The notes: generated by a model not told the origin, from the letters alone. Positions 9,158 to 18,638 are shown, counted from the stretch's first letter. The stretch is DNA of 57,190 nt from an uncultured Candidatus Bathyarchaeia archaeon (GCA_964649235.1 CAZYOZ010000006.1:1-57190); one strand, 5' to 3'. Numbers and translations: made by a program.

Positions 9158-9693
9158 ATATGAACTCGCGTTCTCTAGCTGTGGCTCTCATTGTGGCCAT
9201 CACAGTTGTTGCCGCATTGGCCTCGTCTACGGATGCTCCGGTTTCCGGATTGTTCAGGCCTGCAGTGACGTTGACGACCACGACTACGACTACCACCACG
9301 ACCACGTCGGCCATATCTACGATCTCTTCGACTTCCGTGAGCACTTCGAGCATAACATCTTCGACGAGCACGACTACCACAACTACGTCGACTAGTTCGA
9401 GCTACACGGCCACGGTTTCAAGGACTAGCACGTCTACGTCGACGTTGACTTCATACACGGGGACGTTGACGGCCATCCTAACAAGTATCCTTACGAGCAC
9501 GACAGTTCAAACTCAAAGAGCAACGACGACATCATCGGTTGTTTCATCTTTCACCTCAAGCAGTTTCATTATACCGCCCATCGTCGGGATTCCAGGCTTT
9601 CCCGCGGAATCTATCATGGCAGGCCTTCTGTTTGGTCTTCTGTGCTTGCTGCTGCTCGGCAGAAGGCGCGTCAAGAAAGAGCTCCATGCTTAG
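9154..9693 (+). CDS. Small Thr/Ser-rich PGF-CTERM surface protein
   Basis: Signal peptide, ~120 aa of almost pure T/S, then 'IPGFPAESIMAGLLFGLLCLLLLGRRR'. The TTG start overlaps the upstream stop (TTGA); an alternative ATG lies at 9160. Confidence 0.8.
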   Translation: MNMNSRSLAVALIVAITVVAALASSTDAPVSGLFRPAVTLTTTTTTTTTTTSAISTISSTSVSTSSITSSTSTTTTTTSTSSSYTATVSRTSTSTSTLTSYTGTLTAILTSILTSTTVQTQRATTTSSVVSSFTSSSFIIPPIVGIPGFPAESIMAGLLFGLLCLLLLGRRRVKKELHA

Positions 9694-9933
9694 GCTGCTG
9701 GCGCGAATTCCTGTAACGAAGTATGTCAAGCGCCGTGTGGTCTTCCACCAGATGTGGTTCGTGCGCTTGGCGCCTGGTCGCGGTACCGTCACACCTCAAG
9801 TTTGCGATATGCAAAAAACGGTGGCCGATACGCAGGCCATCCGTTCCATTCCTCTGCGATACTCTGAGGTGGCTTAGGTTAGTTTTATCTTCCAAGACGT
9901 GCTTCTTGCGTTAGAAATGGTCGGGGACGGCGT

Positions 9934-10536
9934 TTGGGGCGTCAGATGAGGCTTCTCCTCTCAATTGCAGTCGTTATGGTGGCCTTCTTTGTCGTTGCAG
10001 CATTTATGTCTCCGGCCAATTCATTTCTGGGTCCCGAGCAGACAACTTCAACGTCTTTCACCACGACTTCTTCAACTATTACATCCACTACAACCAGTCT
10101 GTATAGCACCAGCAGCACTACGACCTTCACGTCCACTTCGACCTCTGTCATTTCGACATCTACGAGTAGCACAACGACCACCAGGACTTCCACAATTACT
10201 AGCACAATTCTGCTGGCCACAGGTTCAGTCATAACGGTCGTGGTTCTCCAGAATTCAGTCTCGTACACATCCACGTCCACGACGTCGACGTTCCAAACCA
10301 GCACCGCACTCAGCACGAACATCGTGAGTTCGACAACGGTTTCCGGAACCACTGCGACGGAAACTTCGCCAACGACGTCAACGTCCACGGTTCTGACTTT
10401 TGCTCCAGCGCCTGTATCGCAGGCCGTGCCAGGGTTCTCTTGGGAGGCAGTAGTTCTTGGCGTCCTCTTCGGTGTCATGCTGCTGGCATTGCGACGGCGT
10501 CACGCGGTTGTTTCAGGCCAGGAGATGGGGGAGTGA
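9934..10536 (+). CDS. Small Thr/Ser-rich PGF-CTERM surface protein
   Basis: Signal/TM 'LLLSIAVVMVAFFVVAAF', a T/S-rich body and 'VPGFSWEAVVLGVLFGVMLLALRRRH'. An alternative ATG lies at 9946. Confidence 0.8.
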   Translation: MGRQMRLLLSIAVVMVAFFVVAAFMSPANSFLGPEQTTSTSFTTTSSTITSTTTSLYSTSSTTTFTSTSTSVISTSTSSTTTTRTSTITSTILLATGSVITVVVLQNSVSYTSTSTTSTFQTSTALSTNIVSSTTVSGTTATETSPTTSTSTVLTFAPAPVSQAVPGFSWEAVVLGVLFGVMLLALRRRHAVVSGQEMGE

Positions 10537-11087
10537 GATTGAAAAGGTCAGCAATGCTATCCATGCTTTTCTTGGCAATCTCGGTGGTATCCGCATTCGA
10601 GCTTGCCCCCGCCAGTATGGGGTTCGTTCCGTTCCAAACCACCACCACGTTCACCATATACCGGTACACGTCAACAACCATTACGACGAGTGCCTCTCCC
10701 ACAAGCACTACAACAACGACGTCGACCACTAGCATCACAACCACGAGCACCTCAACGTCCACAAGTGTAACGACCACAACTTCTACTAGCGCCAGCTCAA
10801 CAGCGAACTTGGCTGCCACAGAAACTGAAACCTCCTACACTGCTACCTCGATAGGTTTCACCAACACTACGCTTACGCAGACGTTCTACACTACTGCGTT
10901 CACGAACTCTACTACAATTCTCGTGGCAGTCCAGACGCAGACGCAGACTATCATGACGATGTTGGTCACGCTCATCACAATACGTGAACCTGGAATTCCC
11001 GGTTTTCCGTTAGAGTCAATATTTGTGGGGCTGCTGCTTGGTATCTTGGCTTTGCTGCTTGTCCGTGGCAGGCGGTCGAGAGCTTGA
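10533..11087 (+). CDS. Small Thr/Ser-rich PGF-CTERM surface protein
   Basis: A GTG overlapping the upstream stop (GTGA) gives 'MRLKRSAMLSMLFLAISVVSA'; an alternative ATG lies at 10554. The C-terminus is 'IPGFPLESIFVGLLLGILALLLVRGRRSRA'. The track ORF from 10440 is probably over-extended. Confidence 0.75.
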   Translation: MRLKRSAMLSMLFLAISVVSAFELAPASMGFVPFQTTTTFTIYRYTSTTITTSASPTSTTTTTSTTSITTTSTSTSTSVTTTTSTSASSTANLAATETETSYTATSIGFTNTTLTQTFYTTAFTNSTTILVAVQTQTQTIMTMLVTLITIREPGIPGFPLESIFVGLLLGILALLLVRGRRSRA

Positions 11088-11155
11088 GCCATCTCAGCAT
11101 GAGACGCAGACGAGCTTAGAGCATCAGAACTAGTGCCCTTCAGCTTACCGCAAGC

Positions 11156-11161
11156 TTTTTT
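11156..11161 (+). terminator. Oligo-T tract, candidate archaeal terminator after the PGF-CTERM gene run
   Basis: A run of six T lies ~70 nt after the stop at 11087 and before the next start. Confidence 0.25.
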
Positions 11162-11196
11162 CTGTTCGCCTCCCGCGCATTGCGCGTGGTGTCAGG

Positions 11197-12270
11197 TTGA
11201 GCCGAGATGGAACGAAGGTTTCACTGTTGATGTTCGTCGTCTTTCTCTCTACTACGCTGCCTCAGGTGCATGCTCAGAGCACTGAGATCTCGGCTCTCAC
11301 TTATGCGGACCATCTGACTCTCGGGGATGTTGAACCTGTTTCAGTCAAGGCAAACGTTGCATACGCTGCGGCCCCCACGGGTTTTTCGCTAGTGGTAGGT
11401 GTCTTGGAAGCGGATTCGACGCCGCCAAGAGTTGTGTCTGGTATCGCAATGGCCGCTCCGGAGACGTGCATGAACCAGCCTGTTCTCGAAGCGCTTTGCG
11501 TCATGAGGCCGTCTGCCTCTTCTGGGGTTGAAAGGTTGGAATTTAGAGTCGGGGGGATTCTGGGTGAACCACAGGGCTCGGAGGTTTGGCGCTTGAACAT
11601 GTCTGCTGTTATGCTAACATCGAATGGCACCATAATTGCAGGATCAAGCAGTAGCGTTGTCTTCTCCATCAGGTTGGTTGGGTTGACGCTTGCCGTAAGC
11701 GTCCCCGCTAACGTTGCTGTGACAGTCGACGGTAAGCCACAGCCCCCAGGCCCTGCGAGAGTGGTATTGGCTGTGGGTGAGCATGAGCTATCGGTTCCAG
11801 CATTCGCCCAGGTCGACAACTTCACCAGGCTTAGGTTTGATCGTTGGGCTGACGGGGGCAACCAGCCTGACAGAAGTGTCTACCTGAGGGAGAATGCGGC
11901 CGTCGAAGCCCAATACATCACCCAGTACTATCTTGTTCTTTCGAGTTCGCAGTCTGAGCCGACTGGGGCCGGCTGGTACGATGATGGCTCCAACGTTACC
12001 TTCGCCGTCAAGAACACAACTCAACCGATGGGAGGATGGTTGGGTATGCTAGGAGCAAAGTGGAAGTTCCAAGGGTGGTACGAGGATGGTAAGCTGCTTA
12101 CAGAAAAGGAGGCGGGTTTCATATCCGTGGACGGGCCTCATAGATTGTCGGCTGTATGGACAGCGGACTACTCTGCACCAGCCGCAATAGTGGCAGCCAC
12201 CCTAGTCTTGCTGGCCTTGGCGGCCCTAGTCTTCCTCAGGACACGTGTACGTCGCAGTCTTCGATCGTGA
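11197..12270 (+). CDS. Secreted beta-rich protein with a C-terminal TM anchor
   Basis: Signal peptide 'LLMFVVFLSTTLPQVHAQS' and C-terminal 'AAIVAATLVLLALAALVFLRTRVRR'. Confidence 0.75.
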   Translation: MSRDGTKVSLLMFVVFLSTTLPQVHAQSTEISALTYADHLTLGDVEPVSVKANVAYAAAPTGFSLVVGVLEADSTPPRVVSGIAMAAPETCMNQPVLEALCVMRPSASSGVERLEFRVGGILGEPQGSEVWRLNMSAVMLTSNGTIIAGSSSSVVFSIRLVGLTLAVSVPANVAVTVDGKPQPPGPARVVLAVGEHELSVPAFAQVDNFTRLRFDRWADGGNQPDRSVYLRENAAVEAQYITQYYLVLSSSQSEPTGAGWYDDGSNVTFAVKNTTQPMGGWLGMLGAKWKFQGWYEDGKLLTEKEAGFISVDGPHRLSAVWTADYSAPAAIVAATLVLLALAALVFLRTRVRRSLRS

Positions 12271-12334
12271 GGACAGATTGAGCTAACGGAGACTCGATAG
12301 AGCCTGCGTGCACAAGTGAACCATTAGGGCCTGC

Positions 12335-13729
12335 TCAATTTGACCAGTTGGTGTGGAAGTTGCCCGCCTTGTCGATTCGTTCGTAGCCGTGAGCCCCGAA
12401 CCGGTCTCGTAGAGCCTGAATGATGTTAGCGGGCAGCCGTTCACTTCTGTATGCATCGCAGTAGTCTAATGATGCGTTGATGGCTGGGATTGGGATCCCG
12501 GCAGCCTTTGCCTGCTTGACTGCTTCGCGCCATTTTGGGTCTAGCGGGATGAGGCGGCCGGCGAATTCTGTTGAGACGATTAGGTTTCGTGGTTCTTCGC
12601 TTTCTAGGGCATGCGTGATTGGGTCGAGCATTTTGGCCCGGATGATGCAGCCTCCCTTCCAGATTCTCGCTACCTTCCCTAACGGTATGCTGTAGCCATA
12701 ATGCTCCGAAGCCCTACTCATCAGGTGAAAACCCTGCGCGTACGAAACGATCACAGACGCCTCCACCGCAGCTCTGAAGGATTCAACCGAGCCTGCGTGA
12801 AATCGACTGGTGGGGGGTCGGGATGTTCCTAGAACCTTGGCCGCATTCAACCGTTCGTCTTTCATTGCTGACAGGTTCCTGGCAGCTACAGCGGCGTCGA
12901 TGGTGGGAACTGGAACGCCAAGGTCCATGGCGTTCTGCGACGCCCACCGGCCTGTGCCCTTCTGGCCTGCACGGTCAGAAACTAGCGTGACCAATGGAAC
13001 TCTTTTTTCTTCGTCCATTTTTCCTAGCACTTCGACGGCGATCTCGAACAGAAAGGAGCCCAGTTCCCCGTGGTTCCACTCATCGAAGATTTCGCGAACC
13101 TTACTGATCTCTAATTCGCCTGCCCGTGTCAGAAAGTCGTAGGCTTCAGCAATGATCTGTATTATGGCATACTCGATGGCGTTGTGGACCATCTTGACGT
13201 AGTGGCCTGCGCCTCTTGGGCCCAAATATTCGCAGCAGGGGCCGTCCGCCTGCGCGGCGATCTTGGTTAGGATTCGGCTGACTTGGCCGTAGCCCTCCGT
13301 AGGGCCGCCTACCATTAGGCAGGGGCCCTTAAGCGCGCCCTCTTCGCCGCCGCTCACGCCGATGCCAAGAAAGTGTAACCCCTGGGCTTCCAGGTTTTGG
13401 GCTCTACGTTCAGTGTCCTGAAAGAAGGAGTTGCCCCCATCCATGACCACGTCTCCCCGTGAAAGCAGGGCAGTCAGTGCTCGGATCGTTTCGTCAACTG
13501 CAGGGCCGGCCGTCAGCATAAGCAAGACACGCCTAGGCGTGTCGAGTTCTCTCACGAAGGCCTCCAAAGAATAAGTAGGCATGATTTCTGGGTGCCTGCT
13601 CGTGAACTCCTTGGTCTTCTGCGGGGTTCGATTGAAGACAGCTACTCCGAAGCCGTGGCGTTGAAGGTTCAGCGCCAAGCTCTGGCCCATCACACCAAGC
13701 CCGATTAGGCCAATATTCTTCCCGCCCAA
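12335..13729 (-). CDS. gnd: 6-phosphogluconate dehydrogenase (decarboxylating)
   Basis: N-terminal 'IGLIGLGVMGQSLALNL' Rossmann motif, a length of 464 aa, and conserved 'GAGHYVKMVHNAIEY' and 'RAGQKGTGRW' blocks. Confidence 0.93.
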   Translation of the reverse strand: MGGKNIGLIGLGVMGQSLALNLQRHGFGVAVFNRTPQKTKEFTSRHPEIMPTYSLEAFVRELDTPRRVLLMLTAGPAVDETIRALTALLSRGDVVMDGGNSFFQDTERRAQNLEAQGLHFLGIGVSGGEEGALKGPCLMVGGPTEGYGQVSRILTKIAAQADGPCCEYLGPRGAGHYVKMVHNAIEYAIIQIIAEAYDFLTRAGELEISKVREIFDEWNHGELGSFLFEIAVEVLGKMDEEKRVPLVTLVSDRAGQKGTGRWASQNAMDLGVPVPTIDAAVAARNLSAMKDERLNAAKVLGTSRPPTSRFHAGSVESFRAAVEASVIVSYAQGFHLMSRASEHYGYSIPLGKVARIWKGGCIIRAKMLDPITHALESEEPRNLIVSTEFAGRLIPLDPKWREAVKQAKAAGIPIPAINASLDYCDAYRSERLPANIIQALRDRFGAHGYERIDKAGNFHTNWSN

Positions 13730-14224
13730 CTCAAACCCTTCGCGATGGAGTATGAATTACTCGGCTTGAAAAAGAGGTTGCATTTCCCCAGCATTGCACA
13801 TTCAGCGCTAGGTTCACGTGATCTTAACTTACCGCTGACCGTTAGTGGGACATAGCCGATTATCGGCACCCGTACAAGAAGAGTGGAGGCTGAGGTTCAG
13901 GGAGACAACGACGCGTAATACCTCAACTTGCTTAACATCTTTCTTCGTAGCGGGTGCAGGCTTTCATCGCTTGGTTCAGTGTTGAAGTGGTGACCGTTTT
14001 CTGAGCTGAACATATGTGTTGAGCGCGGAGGAAAAGCGTTTTCCTCGAGGTCTGCTGTCGGATCTTTCTCGCGTGTTGTGAGTAGGCCGTATGCCATTGT
14101 GTTTGCTCTTCACTCTTATCGAGGGAAGCGTCTACGTAGAACATATACAGAAAGCCCCAATAGAATATATCAAACAAACGCCGAGGCCCAGCACAGCGTA
14201 AATTGATTGCTGGAGTATTGAGTT

Positions 14225-15574
14225 TTGATTACACGCACAAAAGAGGAATTACTGGAGAAAGCCAAGAAACCCGCGCAGGACGCAATGAAGCTTCACCCCT
14301 TCTTCAGGGGAAAGATAGAAGTCCTGCCGAAATGCGTGATTCGTGACTTCAACGATTTTGCCATCTGGTACACGCCGGGCGTCGCCGAACCATGCAGGGC
14401 GATCGCCAAGGACGAACGTTTGGTGTATGACTACACGAACAAATGGAACATGGTCGCAGTGGTGAGCGACGGAACGAGAGTTCTTGGGCTGGGGGACATC
14501 GGGCCGAAGGCGGGGCTTCCCGTTATGGAGGGGAAGTCTCTGCTCTTCAAGTATCTTGGCGGCGTCGATGCAGTTCCGATTTGTTTGGGGACGAAGGACC
14601 CTGATGAAATTATCACTGCCGTCAAATGGTTGCAGCCTTCCTTTGGCGGCATTAACTTAGAGGACATAGCGCAGCCGAAGTGCTTCCGGATTCTGGATAC
14701 GTTACGGGCCACGGCTGAGATTCCCGTCTGGCATGACGACCAGCAGGGCACGGCTACCATCGTTCTGGCAGGCCTGATCAACGCTCTGGAATTAGTCGGC
14801 AAGAGAGGGCCAGACGTGACGGTTTCATTGATTGGGGCGGGGGCATCTAATGTCGCGGTAAGTAGGTTGTTGTTCGCTTATGGAATCAAGCCTCAGAACA
14901 CTGTGTTTGTCGACAGCCAAGGAATATTGCATCCGGGAAGAAAGGACATAGAGCTCCGGAAGGCTGAGTTCGTTGACAAGTGGCGCATCTGCCAGATGAC
15001 CAACAAGGACGGACGCACCGGAGGAATTCCAGAGGCTATGAAAGGGACTGATGTCTGCATAGCCCTCGCCAAGCCTGGGCCTGACACGATCAAGAAGGAA
15101 TGGGTGGCCGCCATGGCCGATGATGCAATAGTCTTTGCCTGCGCCAACCCGATTCCGGAAATATGGCCTTGGGAAGCCAAGGAGGCGGGGGCGCGGGTCG
15201 TAGCGACGGGTCGATCCGACTTCCCGAACCAAGTCAACAATTCATTGGGCTTCCCCGGTATCTTCCGTGGCACGCTGGATGTTCGGGCGCGAACAGTGAC
15301 GGACGAAATGTGCATTGCAGCAGCCGACGAACTTGCCAAATGCGCCCGCGAGAAGGGGTTGAGCGAAGACTACATCTGCCCGAACATGGACGAGTGGGAA
15401 GTCTTCCCGAGAGAAGCCGTTGCGGTTGCGATGAAAGCGCAGGAGGCGGGCGTGGCCGGCCTGAAGTTGAGTAGGGACGAGCTCTACGAGCATGCAACCT
15501 TGATGATCAAGAGGGCCAGGGATATGACGAAGCATTCGATGAAGGTGGGGTACATACCCCAACCTCCGGCATGA
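14225..15574 (+). CDS. NAD(P)-dependent malic enzyme (short prokaryotic type)
   Basis: 'YTPGVAEPC', 'VVSDGTRVLGLGDIG', 'FGGINLEDI' and 'HDDQQGTA' followed by 'GAGASN' are classic malic enzyme blocks. TTG start. Confidence 0.92.
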   Translation: MITRTKEELLEKAKKPAQDAMKLHPFFRGKIEVLPKCVIRDFNDFAIWYTPGVAEPCRAIAKDERLVYDYTNKWNMVAVVSDGTRVLGLGDIGPKAGLPVMEGKSLLFKYLGGVDAVPICLGTKDPDEIITAVKWLQPSFGGINLEDIAQPKCFRILDTLRATAEIPVWHDDQQGTATIVLAGLINALELVGKRGPDVTVSLIGAGASNVAVSRLLFAYGIKPQNTVFVDSQGILHPGRKDIELRKAEFVDKWRICQMTNKDGRTGGIPEAMKGTDVCIALAKPGPDTIKKEWVAAMADDAIVFACANPIPEIWPWEAKEAGARVVATGRSDFPNQVNNSLGFPGIFRGTLDVRARTVTDEMCIAAADELAKCAREKGLSEDYICPNMDEWEVFPREAVAVAMKAQEAGVAGLKLSRDELYEHATLMIKRARDMTKHSMKVGYIPQPPA

Positions 15575-15586
15575 TGGTGAAGTAGG

Positions 15587-16522
15587 ATGAAGAAGGATAA
15601 CTCACAGAAAGTTTACGACCTGCTGATAATAGGCGGCGGGCCAGCTGGCCTAACGGCCGCAGCATACGCAATCCGGAAACGATTGGAAACGATGCTGCTC
15701 AGCGAGGACTTGGGAGGCAAGACGAGCTACAAGTTTTCCTTGGAAGGCGTTGAAACACATTTCATAATTGATGGCGAAGAACTCGTCGGCAAATTCAAGA
15801 GCCAAATAGAGTACCTAGACTTTGCACGTCACCTAGACGCAGTAACCAAATTCGACAAGGTGGGCGAGCTATTCGAAGCCAAAACCAAAGGAGGCCAACT
15901 CTTCAGAGGTAAGGCCGCAATAATCGCAACCGGCGTGACTCCCAGACGCCTTAAAGTGCCAGGAGACGAACGCCTGATAGGCAAAGGGGTGAGCTACTCC
16001 GTAGCCAGCCATGCTCCACTCTTCGTGGACATGGATGTGGCCGTGGTTGGCGAGGGCGTCCGAGCGCTCCAAGCAGCCGCAGAGCTAGCGAGAATCGCAA
16101 AGAAGGTCAGCCTGATAGGCGTCCCGGACAAGGAGCTGTTCTCCCCTCTGGGTGAACTGCTGAAGCGCTCAGGAAAGGTTGAGTTCCTCGGCGACTTCGA
16201 TGTCAACGAAATCAAAGGAAAGACGCACGTGGAAAGTGTCCAAGTCAAGTCTAGAGTTGGCGGGAACAAAACCGAAATTCCCGTCAGAGGGATCTTCGTG
16301 ACACTGGGCCTTGTACCTAACTCAAGCCTCTTCTCCCACCTGGTTCGAACTGATGCGGAAGGAAGAATCATCGTTAACGCGAGAAACGAAACGGGAGTCC
16401 CGGGGCTATTTGCGGCGGGTGATGTAACCAATGCATACTCTGAGCAGGTGGTCATCGCAGTAGGCGGAGGAGCAAACGCCGCGCTCAACGCCTACGACTA
16501 CCTTCTGACCGCCACAAGCTAA
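15587..16522 (+). CDS. Thioredoxin-reductase-like FAD/NAD(P) flavoprotein lacking the CxxC redox centre
   Basis: 'YDLLIIGGGPAGLTAA' FAD motif, 'VAVVGEGVRALQAA' second dinucleotide motif and 'GLFAAGDV' C-terminal FAD motif. The position of CATC reads 'SVAS', and the protein contains no Cys at all. Confidence 0.85.
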   Translation: MKKDNSQKVYDLLIIGGGPAGLTAAAYAIRKRLETMLLSEDLGGKTSYKFSLEGVETHFIIDGEELVGKFKSQIEYLDFARHLDAVTKFDKVGELFEAKTKGGQLFRGKAAIIATGVTPRRLKVPGDERLIGKGVSYSVASHAPLFVDMDVAVVGEGVRALQAAAELARIAKKVSLIGVPDKELFSPLGELLKRSGKVEFLGDFDVNEIKGKTHVESVQVKSRVGGNKTEIPVRGIFVTLGLVPNSSLFSHLVRTDAEGRIIVNARNETGVPGLFAAGDVTNAYSEQVVIAVGGGANAALNAYDYLLTATS

Positions 16523-16650
16523 GCAGGCCGAACGCTGATATTGGCCGTCGCCTATTCCTGACGCTGCGGATACAAGCAGCCCAGCGCTCATAGGCTTGAA
16601 CGATTATTTGATGGGCGGCCGCGAAGGTTACTTAGGGTTGCGTGCCTCGC

Positions 16651-17009
16651 ATGGGCTATTGGTTGTCTAAGACTGATCCCGATGAATACACCTACGCCGA
16701 CCTGGCGTTGAAGCACCTACGAGCCGCACGCAATGGGGACCTTGCTTTCATCTACCATACGGGCTGTGAGAAGCAGATTGTTGGGATAGCGAAGTACTGT
16801 CGAATGCTTACCCTGACCCGGCAAAGAAAGACCTGAGGCTCGTAGTTGTTGATGTGAGGCAAAAGCGGAAACTCAGAAAACCCGTGACGCTAGGACAGAT
16901 TAAGGCGATGAAGGAATTTGCAGGCTTCGAACTCCTTCGCCTGCCCCGCCTCAGTGTAATACCTGTGGATAAAACTAACTGGAGCAAAATTCTCGGCCTG
17001 TCAAAATAG
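16651..17009 (+). pseudogene. EVE (PUA-like) domain gene interrupted by a 1-nt frameshift
   Basis: Frame 1 gives 'MGYWLSKTDPDEY...GDLAFIYHTGCEKQIVGIAK' and then runs to a stop. From ~16794 another frame continues 'VLSNAYPDPAKKDLRLVVVDVRQKRKLRKPVTLGQIKAMKEF...RLSVIPVDKTNWSKIL', the canonical EVE C-terminal half. Confidence 0.7.
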
Positions 17010-17221
17010 TTGGAAAGTCATCGCAATGGGACGCCGATATTCTTCCTCCTACTGAAGGATAGGAAAAGGGCAAAAGTGCGCAGATGGCTGCGATATCTTT
17101 TGGTCGTTGCTTTTTGGAAGACATTCTGTGATGCTATAGAGCCGACGTTCAATCAGGCCACTCGAATGTGGTAAATCATAAATCCAGTGCCGTCGCGAAT
17201 GCTTGTTGAGGTGATACTGTC

Positions 17222-17611
17222 TTGTCTAAACGAGAATATGACTTCGAATTGGACATGCGGCACAAGGACAGAAAATTCAGGTGCAGAACAGTAAAGAAAG
17301 TGGATAAGCCTCTGTACAGGCTGGTGATTCCCGAGCGCCAATTCTTTGTGCAACTCATAAGCTTCGCTCCTGGGAAGGGCCCCAAGGACTACGTGGAATT
17401 CCATGAGAAACTCAACGAGCGCCGGCATTCGATGGACATTCACGAGATCGCCACTTTTCTCACGTGGGGCCCGTATGACATGGTTGTCATATGGGACGCG
17501 CCGAACTTGGAAACCTACAATGAGTTCTTGGCGGAATGGGTAAACCCTAGCAGCGGATCCCCAGGAACTGGGCCTACGCTGGTCGGAGCCTCATCCTTGG
17601 CTCACAAGTAG
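17222..17611 (+). CDS. GYD-domain-like small protein
   Basis: 'TWGPYDMVVIWDAPNLETYNEFL' matches the G-x-YD ... aP hallmark of GYD proteins. The true start is probably internal. Confidence 0.55.
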   Translation: MSKREYDFELDMRHKDRKFRCRTVKKVDKPLYRLVIPERQFFVQLISFAPGKGPKDYVEFHEKLNERRHSMDIHEIATFLTWGPYDMVVIWDAPNLETYNEFLAEWVNPSSGSPGTGPTLVGASSLAHK

Positions 17612-17668
17612 TCTTCACTCCTAAAGAAAACGAGCTGCGAGGGAAGGTAGCGTGAGCCCTAGACGAAG

Positions 17669-18523
17669 TTATGGGACTAAGGTTGCTTCGCCGTTCGGTT
17701 TGATATTCACCTCGTGCCAACGTGTGTCGTGTGGTTGTCCTTTGAGGCTTCTGAGGCGAAGCAGATTCTTGGTTTCGTCGCCGCGTTCCATTACCCTCAG
17801 ATCGATGACGCCGTCGCTTATGTTTTCCATCCGTTTGTACAACCATTCGGTGTGGATTCCGCGGACGACGCCTTGTATCGTAATGCTCCTACGTTTTCGT
17901 TCCTCGGGGTTGACTCTGCTCTCCATCCACTCAAGGAAGGCTTTCTCCTCGTTGAATCTGAGAATGCCTGAAAATGATTCCACAATTATGAGTGAACCAG
18001 GAGGCCAGAAGTCGACAATATCGTAGGCCTGCTGGGGACCAGTCTTCGAAGTCTTCAGCCATTCAAGGCTAAGGTCTGCAACCCTCAGAGAACGTACTCG
18101 CAATTCTCCTTGGACTTTCTCAAACACAGGTGCGTGTAGGTCTGCGGGTTCAATTCGGCCACCAGTAAGAGTTGCAGTGTACCAATCCTCAACTGCAAAT
18201 CGTCCAGTACTCTCTGCCGCTGCAAGGTCGATGCCCAGCGCCGATACGCTATGCTTGAAATCTACCGGCGACCTAGCTGTCACCAAATAGGCCACATGGT
18301 TGTTGGCTTGAAAGAAACGTCCCGCGATTGTTGTCGCTACCGACAACCACTGGGAGTCCGGATCATATTCGACTAGCACCATCGTGCCGGGCTTGATTCC
18401 GCCGGGCACTAGTTGACCCAGCAGGGGCACGTTGAGGCCTTTAGGCAAAGCCAAGTTATGACTCAGATCCCCGTAGAATTGTTCCAGTCCAGATTCACAC
18501 GGCCAGTATCCTTCGACATTCAC
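17669..18523 (-). CDS. KaiC/RecA-like fold protein with a degenerate Walker A loop (paralog 1 of 3)
   Basis: 'LLGQLVPGGIKPGTMVLVEYDPDSQW' occupies the place of 'GGxxxGxxxLIxGxPGxGKT'. Walker-B-like 'LIIVESFS' and the KaiC-like C-terminus 'LLRLRSLKGQPHDTRWHEVNI' are present. Confidence 0.7.
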   Translation of the reverse strand: MNVEGYWPCESGLEQFYGDLSHNLALPKGLNVPLLGQLVPGGIKPGTMVLVEYDPDSQWLSVATTIAGRFFQANNHVAYLVTARSPVDFKHSVSALGIDLAAAESTGRFAVEDWYTATLTGGRIEPADLHAPVFEKVQGELRVRSLRVADLSLEWLKTSKTGPQQAYDIVDFWPPGSLIIVESFSGILRFNEEKAFLEWMESRVNPEERKRRSITIQGVVRGIHTEWLYKRMENISDGVIDLRVMERGDETKNLLRLRSLKGQPHDTRWHEVNIKPNGEATLVP

Positions 18524-18638
18524 ACAACATGAGGTTTTCTATAGAGAAAAGCGAGCAGAGCGTGGCCGTATCGTAAGATATTCAGACCTGGGGCGCCTTA
18601 CGGGGGAATCCGCCAAAATTGCTTTCTACTACTTCAGA

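Noticed and set aside
10440-10532. Upstream extension of the third PGF-CTERM gene (track ORF start 10440)
   Set aside because: It overlaps the C-terminal sorting signal of the preceding gene. A GTG at 10533 (or the ATG at 10554) gives a proper signal peptide.
13730-14224. ORFs 13897-14097 and 13932-14177 in the gnd / malic-enzyme divergent intergenic region
   Set aside because: They are short and mutually overlapping, with low-complexity products and no motifs. The region is more plausibly a divergent promoter with AT-rich TATA-like segments near 14150-14170.
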